Below, in pieces: positions 49,077-62,156 of a stretch of 64,000 nucleotides of DNA (positions are counted from its first letter, which is position 1; every line of letters begins with the position of its first letter). The notes beneath the pieces are model-generated. The model did no database searches. It was not told the origin of the DNA and saw only the letters and a list, made by a program, of their open reading frames with translations. Origin of the DNA: an uncultured delta proteobacterium. Lineage in GTDB: Bacteria > Myxococcota > Myxococcia > Myxococcales > Myxococcaceae. Made by a program: the position numbers and the translations under genes. Location of the stretch: NCBI GenBank assembly GCA_963771175.1, contig CAVYSY010000057.1, forward strand, positions 64,001 through 128,000, read 5' to 3'.

Positions 49077-50245
49077 ATGAAGGCTGTGTGCTGGACGGGT
49101 GTGAACGACGTGCGGGTGGAGCAGGTCCCCGACCCCTCGCTCCTCAATCCGCGGGACGCCATCGTGAAGGTGCGGGCCACCACCATCTGCGGCTCGGACC
49201 TGCACCTCTATGACGGCTACATCCCCTCCATGCTCAAGGGCGACATCCTCGGCCACGAGTTCATGGGCGAGGTGGTGGAGGTGGGCAGCAGGTGAAGAAC
49301 CTGAAGCCGGGCGACCGCGTCGTCGTCCCCTCGGTCATCGCCTGCGGCGACTGCTTCTACTGCAAGAAGGGCCAGTTCTCCCTCTGCGACAACACCAACC
49401 CCAAGCCGGCGGTGGCGGAGAAGATGTGGGGGCACGCCACGTGCGGCATCTTCGGCTACTCGCACATGATGGGCGGCTACGCGGGCAGCCACGCCGAGTA
49501 CGTCCGCGTGCCCTTCGCGGACGTGGGGCCGCGCAAGGTGCCGGAGGGCATCAGTGACGAGCAGGCCCTCTTCATCTCGGACGCCTTCCCCACCGGCTTC
49601 ATGGGCGCGGACCTGTGCGGCATCGAGCACGGCGACACCGTGGCCGTGTGGGGCTGCGGCGCGGTGGGCCTCTTCGCCATGAAGAGCGCATGGCTGCTCG
49701 GGGCCGGGCGCGTCATCGCCATCGACCGGCTGGCGGATCGGCTGGAGGTGGCGCGCAAGCACTGCCAGGCCGAGGTGCTCGACTACACGAAGGTGAACGT
49801 GGTCGAGGCGCTCAAGGAGCTCACCGGCGGGCAGGGCCCGGACGCGTGCATCGACGCGGTGGGCATGGAGGCCCACGAGACGGGCTACGAGGGCGCGTAC
49901 GACCGGGTGAAGCAGGCCATGCGGTTGGAGACGGAGCGCCCGTACGTGCTGCGCGAGGCCATCCACGCCTGCCGCAAGGGCGGCACCCTCTCCGTCATGG
50001 GCGTGTACGGCGGCGTGGTGGACAAGTTCCCCCTCGGCGCGGCGATGAACAAGGGCCTGACGCTGCGGATGGGGCAGATGCACGCCCAGCGCTACCTGGA
50101 CCGGCTCATCGGCCACGTGGAGCGCGGCGAGGTGGACCCCTCCTTCGTGGTGTCCCACCGGATGGCGCTCGACGAGGCGCCCCGGGCCTATGACATGTTC
50201 AAGAAGAAGACCGACCACTGCCTGCGCGTGGTGCTGAGCGCGTAG
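49077..50245 (+). CDS. Zinc-dependent alcohol/formaldehyde dehydrogenase-like (frameshift near 49290)
   Basis: [22 protein letters not shown]...C, GCGAVG, DAVGME. Confidence 0.9.
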
Positions 50246-50284
50246 CCCCGACGGTGGCGCCTGGCCCCGCCAGGAAGGGGGGCT

Positions 50285-50890
50285 TCAGCGCCTCGCCACC
50301 CCCACGGCCGCCATCGAGCCGGTGGCGGCGTGTGTCCAGGCGAGGCGGAACGTGGCGGCCGTCCCGTCGAAGGCCACCGGCTGCACGGTGATGTCACCGG
50401 CCCCCGCCGAGAGCAGCGTCTCCGAGAGGAAGCCACAGGCGAAGAAGGGGTTGTCCGCGGCCACGTCCTTCATCCACAGCGTGGCCGCGTGGGTGCCCAG
50501 CTCCTCCACCTTCACCTCGTTGAAGTTGTTGCCGGCGCGCACGTTGTGCGGCACGCGTTCCAGCGTGTGCCGGGGCCCCAGCCTCGTGACGAGCGCCATG
50601 CTGGCGCGCCCCTGCGCCGTCTGCCGGTAGCCCCGCAGGTAGCGCTCGCCCAGGCTGAACCACGCCTCCCGGGGCGAGGCCGCCGGGAAGACGTCGCTCG
50701 CCGCCACGCGCAAGAACGCCTTCCACTGCTCCAGCGGGTAGGCCGGCCGCAGCGGCTCGCCCAGGTCCAGGCCCACCTCCCTCAGCCGGCGCCGGCCCTC
50801 GCGGGACAGGTGCGGCCCCAGGGCACGGATGAAGAGGGCTTCCACGGACTGCGCGAAGAGGAGCTTCTCGCTGGCGAGCGCGGAGGTCAT
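50285..50890 (-). CDS. DUF2378 (Myxococcales-restricted) family protein
   Basis: VEALF..L, LREVGLDL...PAYP, GY.QT..GRA, LGP, R.GNNF. Confidence 0.85.
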   Translation of the reverse strand: MTSALASEKLLFAQSVEALFIRALGPHLSREGRRRLREVGLDLGEPLRPAYPLEQWKAFLRVAASDVFPAASPREAWFSLGERYLRGYRQTAQGRASMALVTRLGPRHTLERVPHNVRAGNNFNEVKVEELGTHAATLWMKDVAADNPFFACGFLSETLLSAGAGDITVQPVAFDGTAATFRLAWTHAATGSMAAVGVARR

Positions 50891-51011
50891 GCCCGAAGGG
50901 TGACAGTCCCCTCCGACGCGAGGCCATGCCCCCACCTGGGACTCTGTGCGCTGGTGGAAACTAGAGAGCCCCGAAGGCCCGGGATTGTCCGCTACCGCGC
51001 AGGCGGGGCGT

Positions 51012-52098
51012 TCACACCCGCATCTTCAGCCGGGTCTCCTGCACCGTGTCGGAGGGGGCGGGCACCTTCTCGCGCTCGGCCTGGCGCAGCAGGCGGAGGA
51101 TGGGCGGGCCGAGCACATCCACCTCGGTGGACGCGAAGGTCTCGCGAGCCGAAGCGGCGGAGGGTCTCCGTCTGGCGCGCGAGCATCGTCGCGTCCTGCC
51201 CGAAGATGTGGAGGGCCACGGGGGTGAGGAAGGGCTTCACCAGCCAGTGCGGCAGGGGCATGCGGAAGGTGACGACGGCGTACACCACCGTGTCCCAGTC
51301 ATCCGCGGGCGTCATCGCCGAGGTGACGAGCAGGTGGCTGTCATCGCCGATGCGGTACTCCACCTGGGCGATGGAGGGCAGGAGGAAGCGGTCGAAGTGC
51401 TGCACCACGCCGCCGCTGGGGGCCAGCAGCTTGCCCGCGAGGCCCTCCGGGCGCGGCTCGCCGATGTACTCGGCCTCCACGCGGTCGGCGCCCTTGCGCA
51501 CGCACCACTTCAATCTCGCTGCGCTTCTTCTCGGTGCGGAACAGGCCCCCGTGGAGGAAGGCGGTGTGGGGGACGTCGAGCGTGTTCTCCAGCAGTGGCG
51601 TGCAGCGAGCCCTTCGCGCGCAGGGTGCGGCGCACGGTGCTGTAGCCGTGGGCGTCCAGCAGGGGGAAGCGGTAGGGCTCGTGCGTGGGCTCGACGCCGG
51701 GGGTGGAGTACACCCAGACGAAGCCGTCCTGCTCGCGCGTGGCGTGCCAGGCCGCGCAGCGGGACTTCGCGCCGGGCTCTCCGACGAGGCCGGGGATGGC
51801 ACGGCACTCGCCCGCCGGCGTCGAAGCGCCAGCCGTGGTAGGCGCACTGGAGTTGGCCGCCCACCACGCGTCCCATCGACAGGGGCACGTTGCGGTGGGG
51901 GCAGCGGTCCACCAGCGCGGCGGGCTTGCCGCTCTCGGTGCGGAAGAGCACGAGCGGCAGGCCCTGCAGCATGCGCGCGAGCGGCTTGCGGCCCAGTTCC
52001 CGCGAGGCACAGAGGATGAACCAGCTCTGCGGGAGCCGGACCACCGAGACGATTCCAGAAGGGACGCCCGAGCCACGCGCCTCATCGCGAGAGAACAT
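51012..52098 (-). CDS. Rieske non-heme iron oxygenase, VanA-like (several frameshifts)
   Basis: DRCPHR, CAYHGWRF, ENTLDVPH..FLH, IFGQD. Confidence 0.85.
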
Positions 52099-52323
52099 GG
52101 GCACCAGTCTAATGAGACGCCCGCCAAGTGCACGCTTAGTGCCAGAGCCCCGGCGAGGGACATTCTGCCCCAAGCCTCCAAGCCCGTGGCGAAATGCCCC
52201 ACTGGCCCTGTCGACGCGCCCGCCGGGCGAGGCGCGCTTCGGCGCGGCGCGCGTGCCTCCGAGAGGTCCTGGAGCGGCATGGGCATTGCTTGCCCGATCC
52301 CAGTCATGATGGAGACGGTAACG

Positions 52324-52839
52324 ATGAAGGCGATTGACGAGGCCGACGCCCCATCTCCTGGGAGCAACCCCCAGGAGACACAGTTGGGCGAGGTGTTTGA
52401 GTTCATGCGCCTGTTGTGGGCCGTGGATCATCGACTGAAGTCCACCTCGAAGCACATGGAGGTCACCCTGGGGCTGACGGGCCCACAGCGACTGGTGGTG
52501 CGACTCGTGGGACGGTTCCCTGGCATCACCGCGGGCCGACTCGCGCACATCCTCCATGTCCACCCCAGCACGCTCACCGGCATCTTGAGGCGCCTGGAGA
52601 AGCGGGGCCACATCGAGCGCAAGGCGGATCCGCTCGATGCGCGCAAGGCGCTCTTCTCCCTCACCGAGGCGGGCCTTGAGCTGGACGCCCCCACCGCCAG
52701 CACGGTGGAGGCCGCCGTGCAGCGGGCGCTCTCCCGCGTGCCGAAAGCGAGGATGGCGGGGGCCCAGGAGGTGCTCACCGTGCTGGCCGAGGAGTTGGGT
52801 GCAGGCGACACCCCCGTCCTGGCACTCCGAGCCGGGTGA
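52324..52839 (+). CDS. MarR-family transcriptional regulator
   Basis: [37 protein letters not shown]; start uncertain (52306-52324). Confidence 0.88.
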   Translation: MKAIDEADAPSPGSNPQETQLGEVFEFMRLLWAVDHRLKSTSKHMEVTLGLTGPQRLVVRLVGRFPGITAGRLAHILHVHPSTLTGILRRLEKRGHIERKADPLDARKALFSLTEAGLELDAPTASTVEAAVQRALSRVPKARMAGAQEVLTVLAEELGAGDTPVLALRAG

Positions 52840-52860
52840 GCCCGAGCCCCTCGGGCCCGG

Positions 52861-55350
52861 TTACAGCTTCAGGTTCCTCAGCCGCAGCGCGTTGCTGATG
52901 ACCGACACCGACGAGAGGCTCATCGCCGCCGCCGCCAGCATCGGGCTGAGCAGCAGCCCGAAGAACGGGTAGAGCACCCCGGCCGCGATGGGCACGCCCA
53001 GCGCGTTGTAGACGAAGGCGAAGAAGAGGTTCTGCCGGATGTTGCGCATCGTGGCGCGGCTCAGCTTCCGGCGCCCGCGCGATGCCGCGCAGGTCGCCCT
53101 TCACCAGCGTCACCGCCGCGCTCTCCATCGCCACGTCGGTGCCGGTGCCCATGGCGATGCCCACGTCGGCCTGGGCCAGCGCCGGCGCGTCGTTGACCCC
53201 GTCGCCCGCCATCGCCACCGTGCGGCCCTCGGCCTGCAGCCGCTTCACCACGTCGCCCTTGCCCTCGGGCAGCACCTCCGCCACGCACCTCGTCGATGCC
53301 CAGCTTGCGCGCCACCGCCTCGGCCGTGGTGCGGCTGTCGCCGGTGAGCATCACCACCCGCACGCCCTCGCGCGCGCAGCGTGGCGCAGCGCCTCGGGCG
53401 TGGTGGCCTTGAGCGGGTCCGCCACGCCCGAGCAGCCCCGCCGCTCGCCCGTCCACCGCCACGAACATCACCGTCTGCCCCTCGCGCCGCAGCTCCTCCG
53501 CCGCGAGGCCGCAGCGCTCCCGCGTCCACGCCGAGCAACTCCAGCAGCGCGCACGTTGCCCAGCGCCACCTCCGCGCCCTCCACGCGCCCCGTCACGCCC
53601 TCGCCCGTCATCGAGCGGAAGCCCTGCGCCTCCGCCAGACCGCGCCCTCGCTCCTCGGCCCCCGCCACGATCGCCGCCGCCAGCGGGTGCTCGCTGCCCC
53701 GCTCCAGGCTCGCCGCCAGGCGCAGCAGCCGCGCCTCGTCCAGGCCCTCCGCCGCCACCACCGACATCAGCTTCGGCTTGCCCTCGGTGAGCGTGCCCGT
53801 CTTGTCCACCACCAGCGTGTCCACCTTCTCCAGCAGCTCGAGCGCCTCGGCGTCGCGGATGAGCACGCCCGCCCCGCGCGCCCCTGCCCGTGCCCACCAT
53901 GATGGACATGGGCGTGGCCAGCCCCAGCGCGCACGGGCAGGCGATGATGAGCACCGCCACCGCGTTCACCAGCGCGTACGCCAGCCGCGGCTCGGGCCCC
54001 AGCAGCGCCCAGAGCGATGAACGTCAGCACCGACGACCGCGATGACCGCCGGCACGAACACCGCCGCCACCTTGTCCGCCAGCCGCTGAATCGGCGCGCG
54101 CGATGCGCTGCGCCTCGCCCACCCGCTGGACGATCTGCGACAGCAGCGTGTCCCGCCCCACCCGCTCGGCCTTCATCACCAGGCTGCCCGTGCCGTTGAC
54201 GGTGCCGCCGGTGACGCGGGCGCCGGGTGCCTTCTCCACGGGGATGGACTCGCCCGTCACCATGGACTCGTCCACCGAGCTCTCGCCCTCCAGCACCACG
54301 CCGTCCACCGGCACCTTCTCGCCGGGGCGCACGCGCAGCGAGTCCCCCACCTGCACCTGCTCCAGCGGGACGTCCTCCTCGCGGCCGTCCTCGCGGATGC
54401 GCCGGGCCACGGACGGCGCGAGGCCCAGCAGCGCGCGCAGGGCCCCCGAGGTGGCTCGGCGGGCGCGCAGCTCCAGCACCTGTCCCAGCAGCACCAGCGT
54501 GGTGATGATCGCCGCCGCCTCGAAGTAGACGGGCGCCGCGCCCGCCATGGCCGGTGAAGGCGTGCGGGAGCAGCCCCGGCGCCACCGTGGCGACGACGCT
54601 GAAGAGGTACGCCGCGCCCGTCCCGATGGCGATGAGCGTGAACATGTTGAGGTGCCGGTTCTTCACCGACGCCCAGCCGCGCTCGAAGAAGGGCCAGCCG
54701 CCCCAGAGCACCACCGGCGTCGCCAGCGCGAGCTGCACCCACGCCAGCACCCGCGGGTCGAAGGCGTGCTGCACCGGCTGGCCCGGAATCAGGTCGGACA
54801 TGCCGAGGAAGAGCAGCGGCAGCGTGAGGACGACGCCCACCCAGAACCGCCGCGTCATGCTCAGCAGCTCGGGGTCCGGCAGCTCCTCGGGCAGCACCGT
54901 GCGCGGCTCCAGCGCCATGCCGCAGATGGGGCACGCTCCCGGCTCGCTCCGCACGATCTGCGGGTGCATGGGGCACACCCACTCGGTGCGAGCCGTCATC
55001 GCCACCGGCTGCTCGGGCTCCAGCGCCATGCCGCACTTGGGGCAGGCGCCCGGGTGGTCCTGGCGGACCTCGGGGTCCATCGGGCAGATCCACATCGTCC
55101 CCGGCGGCGCCTCCACCGGCTCCGCCTGGAGCGCGAGGAACCTCAGGGGCTCGGCGGCGAAGCGCTCCCGGCACTTCGGGTTGCAGAAGTAGTACGTCTT
55201 GCCGTCATGGACGTGGGAGCCGCCCTTGGCGGTCGCCGGGTCCACCGTCATGCCGCAGACCGGGTCCACCACCTTGCCTCCCGAGTCGGAGGGAGGGGCG
55301 TGCGAGTGACCAGCGTGGGGGTCGTGCGAGTGGGTGTGCTCGTGGGCCAT
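52861..55350 (-). CDS. copA: Cu(I)/Ag-translocating P1B ATPase with His-rich, YHS and heavy-metal-binding N-terminal domains (many frameshifts)
   Basis: [52 protein letters not shown]...P, MSLSS. Confidence 0.88.
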
Positions 55351-55380
55351 GATGAAGGAACTGCTCCTTTCGCCTGGGCT

Positions 55381-55406
55381 AACGGAGCGCGCGTCAGACC
55401 CTTACA
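55381..55406 (-). promoter_or_regulatory. ECF-type promoter upstream of the P1B ATPase
   Basis: Minus strand TGTAAG-N16-CGTT, about 30 nt before the ATG and its AAGGAG RBS. Confidence 0.55.
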
Positions 55407-55462
55407 GTGGTCACGCCGCACACCTGGGTTCGGTCCAGGACGTAACCGAGGCCCCCTGCCCG

Positions 55463-56068
55463 TCAAGCGGGCGTCTTGCAGCCCCCGCCCGGCTTCCCGC
55501 AGGTGCAGTCAAGGCACCCATGAGAAGCGCAGGTGCCACAGCTCCGCTCCAACTGCTTCTTGAGCGCCTGCCGCGCGCGGTGCAGCCGCACCCCGGCGTT
55601 GTTCGCGGTGATTCCCGCCTCCAGCGCCACCGCGGGGACGCTCCGGCCCTCCAGGTCCACCTGGCGCACCATCTCCGCGTACTCGGGCTTGAGCGCGGGC
55701 AGCAGGTCGTGGATGCAGGCGCAGACAGTCTGCGTCAGCTCCGGATCCGGCCCCACCTCGGAGACCTCACGGGCCTCGCGCTCCAGGGCTCGCCCCTCGG
55801 TGGACTGCCGGCGGTAATGGTCCACGAGCGCGTTGCGCAGCAGACGGTAGAACCAGGCGACGGCGCCCTCTTCCTCCTGGAGCTCGCCCCCCTTCTCCAG
55901 CGTCCGCACATAGGCGGATTGGAGGAGCTCCTCGGCGAGGGCCCGGCTGCCCACCCGACGCTCGAGGAAGCTCAGGAAGCGCCGGTGGTTCCCCACCAGT
56001 GCCTCTACGACGCTCGGGTTCAGCGCGCCCTCGCCCTCCAGGAGAGGGTCTCCGTTACGGTGCCGCAT
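55463..56068 (-). CDS. CorE-like metal-responsive ECF sigma factor
   Basis: sigma2/sigma4 motifs (AEELLQ, WFYRLLRNA..DHYRR, VRLHRARQAL), linker CAC (CxC), C-terminal CGTCASHGCLDCTC; no anti-sigma gene. Confidence 0.85.
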   Translation of the reverse strand: MRHRNGDPLLEGEGALNPSVVEALVGNHRRFLSFLERRVGSRALAEELLQSAYVRTLEKGGELQEEEGAVAWFYRLLRNALVDHYRRQSTEGRALEREAREVSEVGPDPELTQTVCACIHDLLPALKPEYAEMVRQVDLEGRSVPAVALEAGITANNAGVRLHRARQALKKQLERSCGTCASHGCLDCTCGKPGGGCKTPA

Positions 56069-56149
56069 TCCGTGCCTCGCGCTCTCCCGGTGAGCACCTC
56101 GCCCACCGGCCTCCCTCTACTATCCGAGCCCCGAGGGGATTCAACCCCT

Positions 56150-57547
<1,398 letters not shown>

Positions 57548-57676
57548 GGCTACGGATATTTCTCCACCCGGGGTGACTCGGGAAGAAATCACCCACCGAG
57601 CCCTTGCCTCCAAGGCCGGCGACGGAACATGACAGGGAGTGGGCCCGCATCTCCGCGCGGCCCGACGGAGAGCCCC

Positions 57677-58612
57677 ATGCCGGTGCGCTTCAAGAACCAG
57701 GATGGCAGTGTCCCGCACCCCTTCGGCAACGTCTTCAAGTGGGCCGTGGGCGACAAGCTGGCGGGCAGGCGTCGCAAGAGCCCGGACACCGCCCCCGTGC
57801 CCCGCGTGGAGCCGGACCTCGCCGCGCTGGCCACTCCGCCGACTCCTGGCGAGGGCGCGCGCCTCACCTGGCTGGGCCATGCGAGCTGGTTGGTGCAGCT
57901 CGACGGCGTGTCGCTGCTCATCGACCCCGCCCTGCGCGACACCATCACCGGCTTCATCCGCCGCAACGTGGCCCCAGGCGTGCCGATGGAGAAGCTGCCC
58001 CCCATCACCGCCACGCTGGTGTCGCACAACCACTTCGACCACCTGGACATGCCCACGGTGCGCCAGGTGGGCGCGCCCGTCGTCAGCGGGCTGCGCATGG
58101 CGCGCTACTTCCCCCGCGGCTCGCTGCCCGTCACCGAGCTGGACTGGTGGGGCTCTACGAAGGTGGGCCCGGTGACGGTCCACTTCGTCCCAGCGCAGCA
58201 CTGGAGCCGCCGCGGCGTCCACGACACCAACGAGACGCTCTGGGGCGGCTTCGTGGTGGAGGGCTCCAGCGCGCGCGTCTACCACTCGGGGGACACCGCC
58301 TGGTTCGAGGGCTTCAAGGAGATCGGCCAGCGCTTCCCCGCGCTCGACGCGGCCATGCTGCCCATCGGCGCGTACGACCCGGGCTGGTTCATGGAGAAGC
58401 AGCACATGAACCCCGAGCAGGCGGTGCAGGCGTTCGAGGACCTCGGGGCCCGGCGCTTCCTCGCCATGCACTGGGGCACCTTCAAGCTCACCGACGAGCC
58501 CCTGGACGAGCCGCCCCAGCGGCTGGACGCCGAGTGGAGCCGCCGCGAACTGCCGCGCGAGCCGCTCCACGTGCTGGCCGTGGGCGAGAGCCTCACCGTC
58601 CGTCGCGGCTGA
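57677..58612 (+). CDS. Metallo-beta-lactamase-fold hydrolase (NAPE-PLD/RomA-like)
   Basis: [42 protein letters not shown]. Confidence 0.92.
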   Translation: MPVRFKNQDGSVPHPFGNVFKWAVGDKLAGRRRKSPDTAPVPRVEPDLAALATPPTPGEGARLTWLGHASWLVQLDGVSLLIDPALRDTITGFIRRNVAPGVPMEKLPPITATLVSHNHFDHLDMPTVRQVGAPVVSGLRMARYFPRGSLPVTELDWWGSTKVGPVTVHFVPAQHWSRRGVHDTNETLWGGFVVEGSSARVYHSGDTAWFEGFKEIGQRFPALDAAMLPIGAYDPGWFMEKQHMNPEQAVQAFEDLGARRFLAMHWGTFKLTDEPLDEPPQRLDAEWSRRELPREPLHVLAVGESLTVRRG

Positions 58613-58789
58613 GGCAAACCGCCCCCCCGGACCGCGCCAACGGTGACCCGGTGGCCGGGCCTCGGGCAAACTGCCAGGGCATGAGAACCACGGCACGGTC
58701 ACGGTGCAGTTCCAGCGAGTGCGAGCCGCGATGCCCTCCACGTCACCGGGAAGGGCCCGCCGATGCCCAAAGGGCATCCGGGGGCACCC

Positions 58790-59170
58790 CTACTCGGAGA
58801 CTGGAGGCGCGAGTTCTTCTGGTAGAGGTGTCCGGAGAAAACGCAGACCCTTCGGCAATTGGATGACTTGGAAACCCTGGCCGGCGATGCTAACGAGTTC
58901 TCCGTCGGTTGCCTTTCCGCTAGATAGCCACTCATCGGCCTCTTTCTGCGTCGCAAACGCATGAGAAACCTTGATCTTGAACGAGGGGTCAAAGAACTCT
59001 TGATAATACTTGAGGAAATCGTCCAGCTTCCCGATACGGCGGACGTAGAGCAGCGAAATCGCGGCAAGCTGGATTGTCGCCTCCTCTTTTGAGCCCGCCT
59101 GATACTTCTTGCTCGAGGCATCCAGAGTTCTAAGGGCGTCGTCCATTTCGAAGTCTTTGATATATGCCAT
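58790..59170 (-). CDS. Hypothetical cytoplasmic protein, partner of the upstream lipoprotein; paralog of 62340-62744
   Basis: Shared LLYVR...KLDD, FAT..EAD.WL.SGKA..GELV.IAGQGFQV, LRF.R.PLPEEL. Confidence 0.78.
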   Translation of the reverse strand: MAYIKDFEMDDALRTLDASSKKYQAGSKEEATIQLAAISLLYVRRIGKLDDFLKYYQEFFDPSFKIKVSHAFATQKEADEWLSSGKATDGELVSIAGQGFQVIQLPKGLRFLRTPLPEELAPPVSE

Positions 59171-59195
59171 TTCAGCACCGAGCCCTTTCACCGGC

Positions 59196-59657
59196 TTAGA
59201 GAGCCAGGGGAGCCAGAATCAGCGCACCAGTTCCACCTGTTGCAACGACGAAGGCGACGCCAGCAACAACAACAACGGTTCCAATTGCCACCTCGGTCTT
59301 GTGGTTTCGCAGCCAGTCGAGTGCCACGTCGATGCTCGAAAAATGCAGTTCCTTTTTCTTTCCCTCCCGTTCTAGTTGTTCCTGCTCCTCAATACACTCC
59401 ATGTACTCTTTGCGGCACTCCTCGGTGCAGTATTCGTGGTGTTTGCCAGAGCCCTTTTCGATGCTCGTGAGTGGAGGAGCACGGTTCCAGCATCTGTCGA
59501 AGCACCTGACGTGTTCAGCGTCGCAATCATAGCCACCAGAACCGCCAAGTCCGTCCGCTTCCTCGGAAATGACGTAGACTTTGCGCTCTGGCGGCTGCGT
59601 GTGGGCGCATCCTGCGCTCGCCATCACAACGGCCGTTAGCAGAGCTATTAATTTCAT
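59196..59657 (-). CDS. Small Cys-rich lipoprotein with C-terminal hydrophobic segment
   Basis: Lipobox SAGC; two C-x3-C motifs; C-terminus VAIGTVVVVAGVAFVVATGGTGALILAPLAL. Confidence 0.78.
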   Translation of the reverse strand: MKLIALLTAVVMASAGCAHTQPPERKVYVISEEADGLGGSGGYDCDAEHVRCFDRCWNRAPPLTSIEKGSGKHHEYCTEECRKEYMECIEEQEQLEREGKKKELHFSSIDVALDWLRNHKTEVAIGTVVVVAGVAFVVATGGTGALILAPLAL

Positions 59658-59841
59658 ATCTCCACGCCTCCGCGCCGTCGTCCCGCGTGTTCAGCGGAAA
59701 TCGTCGACAATGTAGACCCCCGTGCGAGAAGATTCGAGCAATGCATTTCCGGGACGCAAACCCGGGTTCATTTTAATGAGGTCCAAGTGCCCGAAACTAC
59801 TGGGGATGTGCTTTTCTCCCACGAGGAGGATAGGACGAGCC

Positions 59842-60305
59842 ATGGCGCGCGCTCTGGACGTGAAGCACTGGCGGGACGAGCTGGTCGAGGCGGTCAACGA
59901 GGGAGACGAAACACGGGCACGCTCCCTGTTTGTCCCAGTCGGGTGCCCGCAGGGCGAGACCCCTGCTGGAAGCCATGCTGGCGCACCCGGATGCACTCGT
60001 CCGTCAGGCGGCTGCCTTCGGTCTGGGCGAGTTGGGTGGAACCGCCAGCACCAGGAGCCTGGAGCAACAGCTCTCCCTCGAAGAAGCGCGCAAGGACCAC
60101 GATGGCTCCGCCGTCGCGGATGCCATTACCGCGGCACTGGGACGCCTCGAGGAAGCGGGGGCACGGGCCCCTCTGGTGCGCAGGCTGCAACGACTGGCCG
60201 CTGGCAAGTCGGATCCTGGAGACGTGGGCACGGTGGTCGGAGCCGATCCTGGCCAAGGTCTTCGATGATGCCGCGCGAGAGCTACGCGGTCGCGAGAAGG
60301 GTTGA
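59842..60305 (+). pseudogene. HEAT-repeat protein remnant
   Basis: GAGGAG RBS; frameshift near 59930; DALVRQAAAFGLGELGG HEAT/PBS-lyase repeat; truncated. Confidence 0.6.
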
Positions 60306-60338
60306 GGGAGGACGGACGGTATGCTCTGAGAGGAGGCC

Positions 60339-62096
60339 ATGCTCCTGCCCGTCCTCCTCGCACTCACGCTCAGTCAGGCTCCCCTCGCCACCGTCTCCGA
60401 GCAGAGCGGATGGACCCGCACCGGCCGCTACGCGGAGGTGGAGTCCCTCTGCCGCGCCTTCCCCCAGCGCTACCCCGGCAAGGTGCGCTGTGACACCTTC
60501 GGCACCACCCCCGAGGGCCGTCCCCTGCTCGCCCTGGTGGCCAGCGCGGATGGCACCCTCACCCCAGCCGCCGCCGCGAAGAAGGGCCGCCCCGTCGTCC
60601 TCTTCCAGGGCGGCATCCACGCCGGGGAGATCGACGGCAAGGACGCCGGCTTCTGGCTGCTGCGCGACCTGCTCGACGGCAAGGCGCTGCCGGGCGTGCT
60701 CAAGCAGGTGACGGCTGTCTTCGTGCCCGTCTTCAACGTGGACGGCCACGAGCGCTTCCGCCCCAACCACCGCCCCAACCAGGTGGGCCCCGAGGAGATG
60801 GGCTGGCGCGTCACCGCGCAGAACCTCAACCTCAACCGCGACTACGTGAAGGCGGACGCCCCGGAGATGGTGGCGCTGCTGAAGCTGCTGCACGGGTGGG
60901 ACCCGCTCTTCTACGTGGACCTGCACGTCACCGACGGCGCCAAGTTCGAGCACGACGTGAGCGTGCAACTGGAGCCGCAGAAGGTGGGCCCCGAGCAGAT
61001 GCGGACCCTCGGCTCGAAGCTGCGCGAGGAGCTCTTCACCGAGTTGGAGGCCAAGGGCCACCTGCCCCTCCCCTTCTACCCCTCCTTCCGGGAGTACGAT
61101 GACCCGGCCTCGGGGGTGAGCTACGGCGTGGCGCCCCCGCGCTTCAGCCACCAGTACTGGGCCACCCACCAGCGCTACGGCGTCCTCGTGGAGACGCACT
61201 CGTGGAAGCCCTACGCGCACCGGGTCGCCACCACGCGCCATGTGCTGGAGGGTCTGCTGCGGCTCGTCGCCCGGGATGGACAGGCGCTGCTGGCGGCCCG
61301 GAAAGCGGCGGACACCGAGGCCGAGTCCGGCAAGGCCCGCGCGGTGGTGCTCTCCTGGGACAACACGGAGAAGAGCCGCCCCATCGCCTTCCGCGGCTAC
61401 GCCTACGAGCGCACGCCCTCCGAGCTGACCACCCAGCCGTGGATCCGCTACGACGACTCGAAGCCGCAGGTGTGGACGATTCCCTACTACGAGGAGCTGA
61501 AGCCCACCCTCTCCGTCACGCTGCCCGCGGGAGGCTACCTCGTGCCCCCGGCGCACGCGGGGTGGGTGGCGGAGAAGCTGGCCGCGCACGGGCTGCGTTT
61601 CCAGCGGCTCGGTCAGGGCGTGCCCTCGGCCGAGGTGGAGGTGTTCCGCGCCACCGAGGCGACGCCGCGCCCCGGCTCCGTGGAGGGTCGCCAGATGCTC
61701 TCGGTGAAGGGCGAGTGGAAGAAGGAGACGCAGGCGCTGCCCGCCGGGACGCTCTATGTGCCGTCAGCGCAGAAGAGCCTGCCCCTGCTGGCGCACCTGC
61801 TCGAGCCGCTCGGGCCGGACTCGCTGCTCGCCTGGGGCTTCTTCAACAACCACTTCGAGCAGAAGGAGTACGTGGAGGACTACGTGCTGGAGCCCTTCGC
61901 CCGAGAGCTGCTGGCGAAGGACCCCTCCGTGAAGGCCGCCTGGGAGGAGAAGCTGAAGAACCCGGAGTTCGCCAGCAACCCTCGCGCCCGCCTGCGCTTC
62001 TTCTACGAGCGCCACCCCGCCTACGATGCCCGCTTCAACCTCTACCCCATCCTCCGCACGGACTCGGCGCCCGCGGGCCTCGAACAGGCACGCTGA
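60339..62096 (+). CDS. Secreted M14 zinc carboxypeptidase
   Basis: GIHAGE, NVDGHE, NLNRD, DLH, LVET. Confidence 0.92.
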   Translation: MLLPVLLALTLSQAPLATVSEQSGWTRTGRYAEVESLCRAFPQRYPGKVRCDTFGTTPEGRPLLALVASADGTLTPAAAAKKGRPVVLFQGGIHAGEIDGKDAGFWLLRDLLDGKALPGVLKQVTAVFVPVFNVDGHERFRPNHRPNQVGPEEMGWRVTAQNLNLNRDYVKADAPEMVALLKLLHGWDPLFYVDLHVTDGAKFEHDVSVQLEPQKVGPEQMRTLGSKLREELFTELEAKGHLPLPFYPSFREYDDPASGVSYGVAPPRFSHQYWATHQRYGVLVETHSWKPYAHRVATTRHVLEGLLRLVARDGQALLAARKAADTEAESGKARAVVLSWDNTEKSRPIAFRGYAYERTPSELTTQPWIRYDDSKPQVWTIPYYEELKPTLSVTLPAGGYLVPPAHAGWVAEKLAAHGLRFQRLGQGVPSAEVEVFRATEATPRPGSVEGRQMLSVKGEWKKETQALPAGTLYVPSAQKSLPLLAHLLEPLGPDSLLAWGFFNNHFEQKEYVEDYVLEPFARELLAKDPSVKAAWEEKLKNPEFASNPRARLRFFYERHPAYDARFNLYPILRTDSAPAGLEQAR

Positions 62097-62156
62097 ATCA
62101 CATCGGTCCCGGCCAGGACCACCCGCCTCCGCCATCTCGACCGGCAGCTGCATCCT

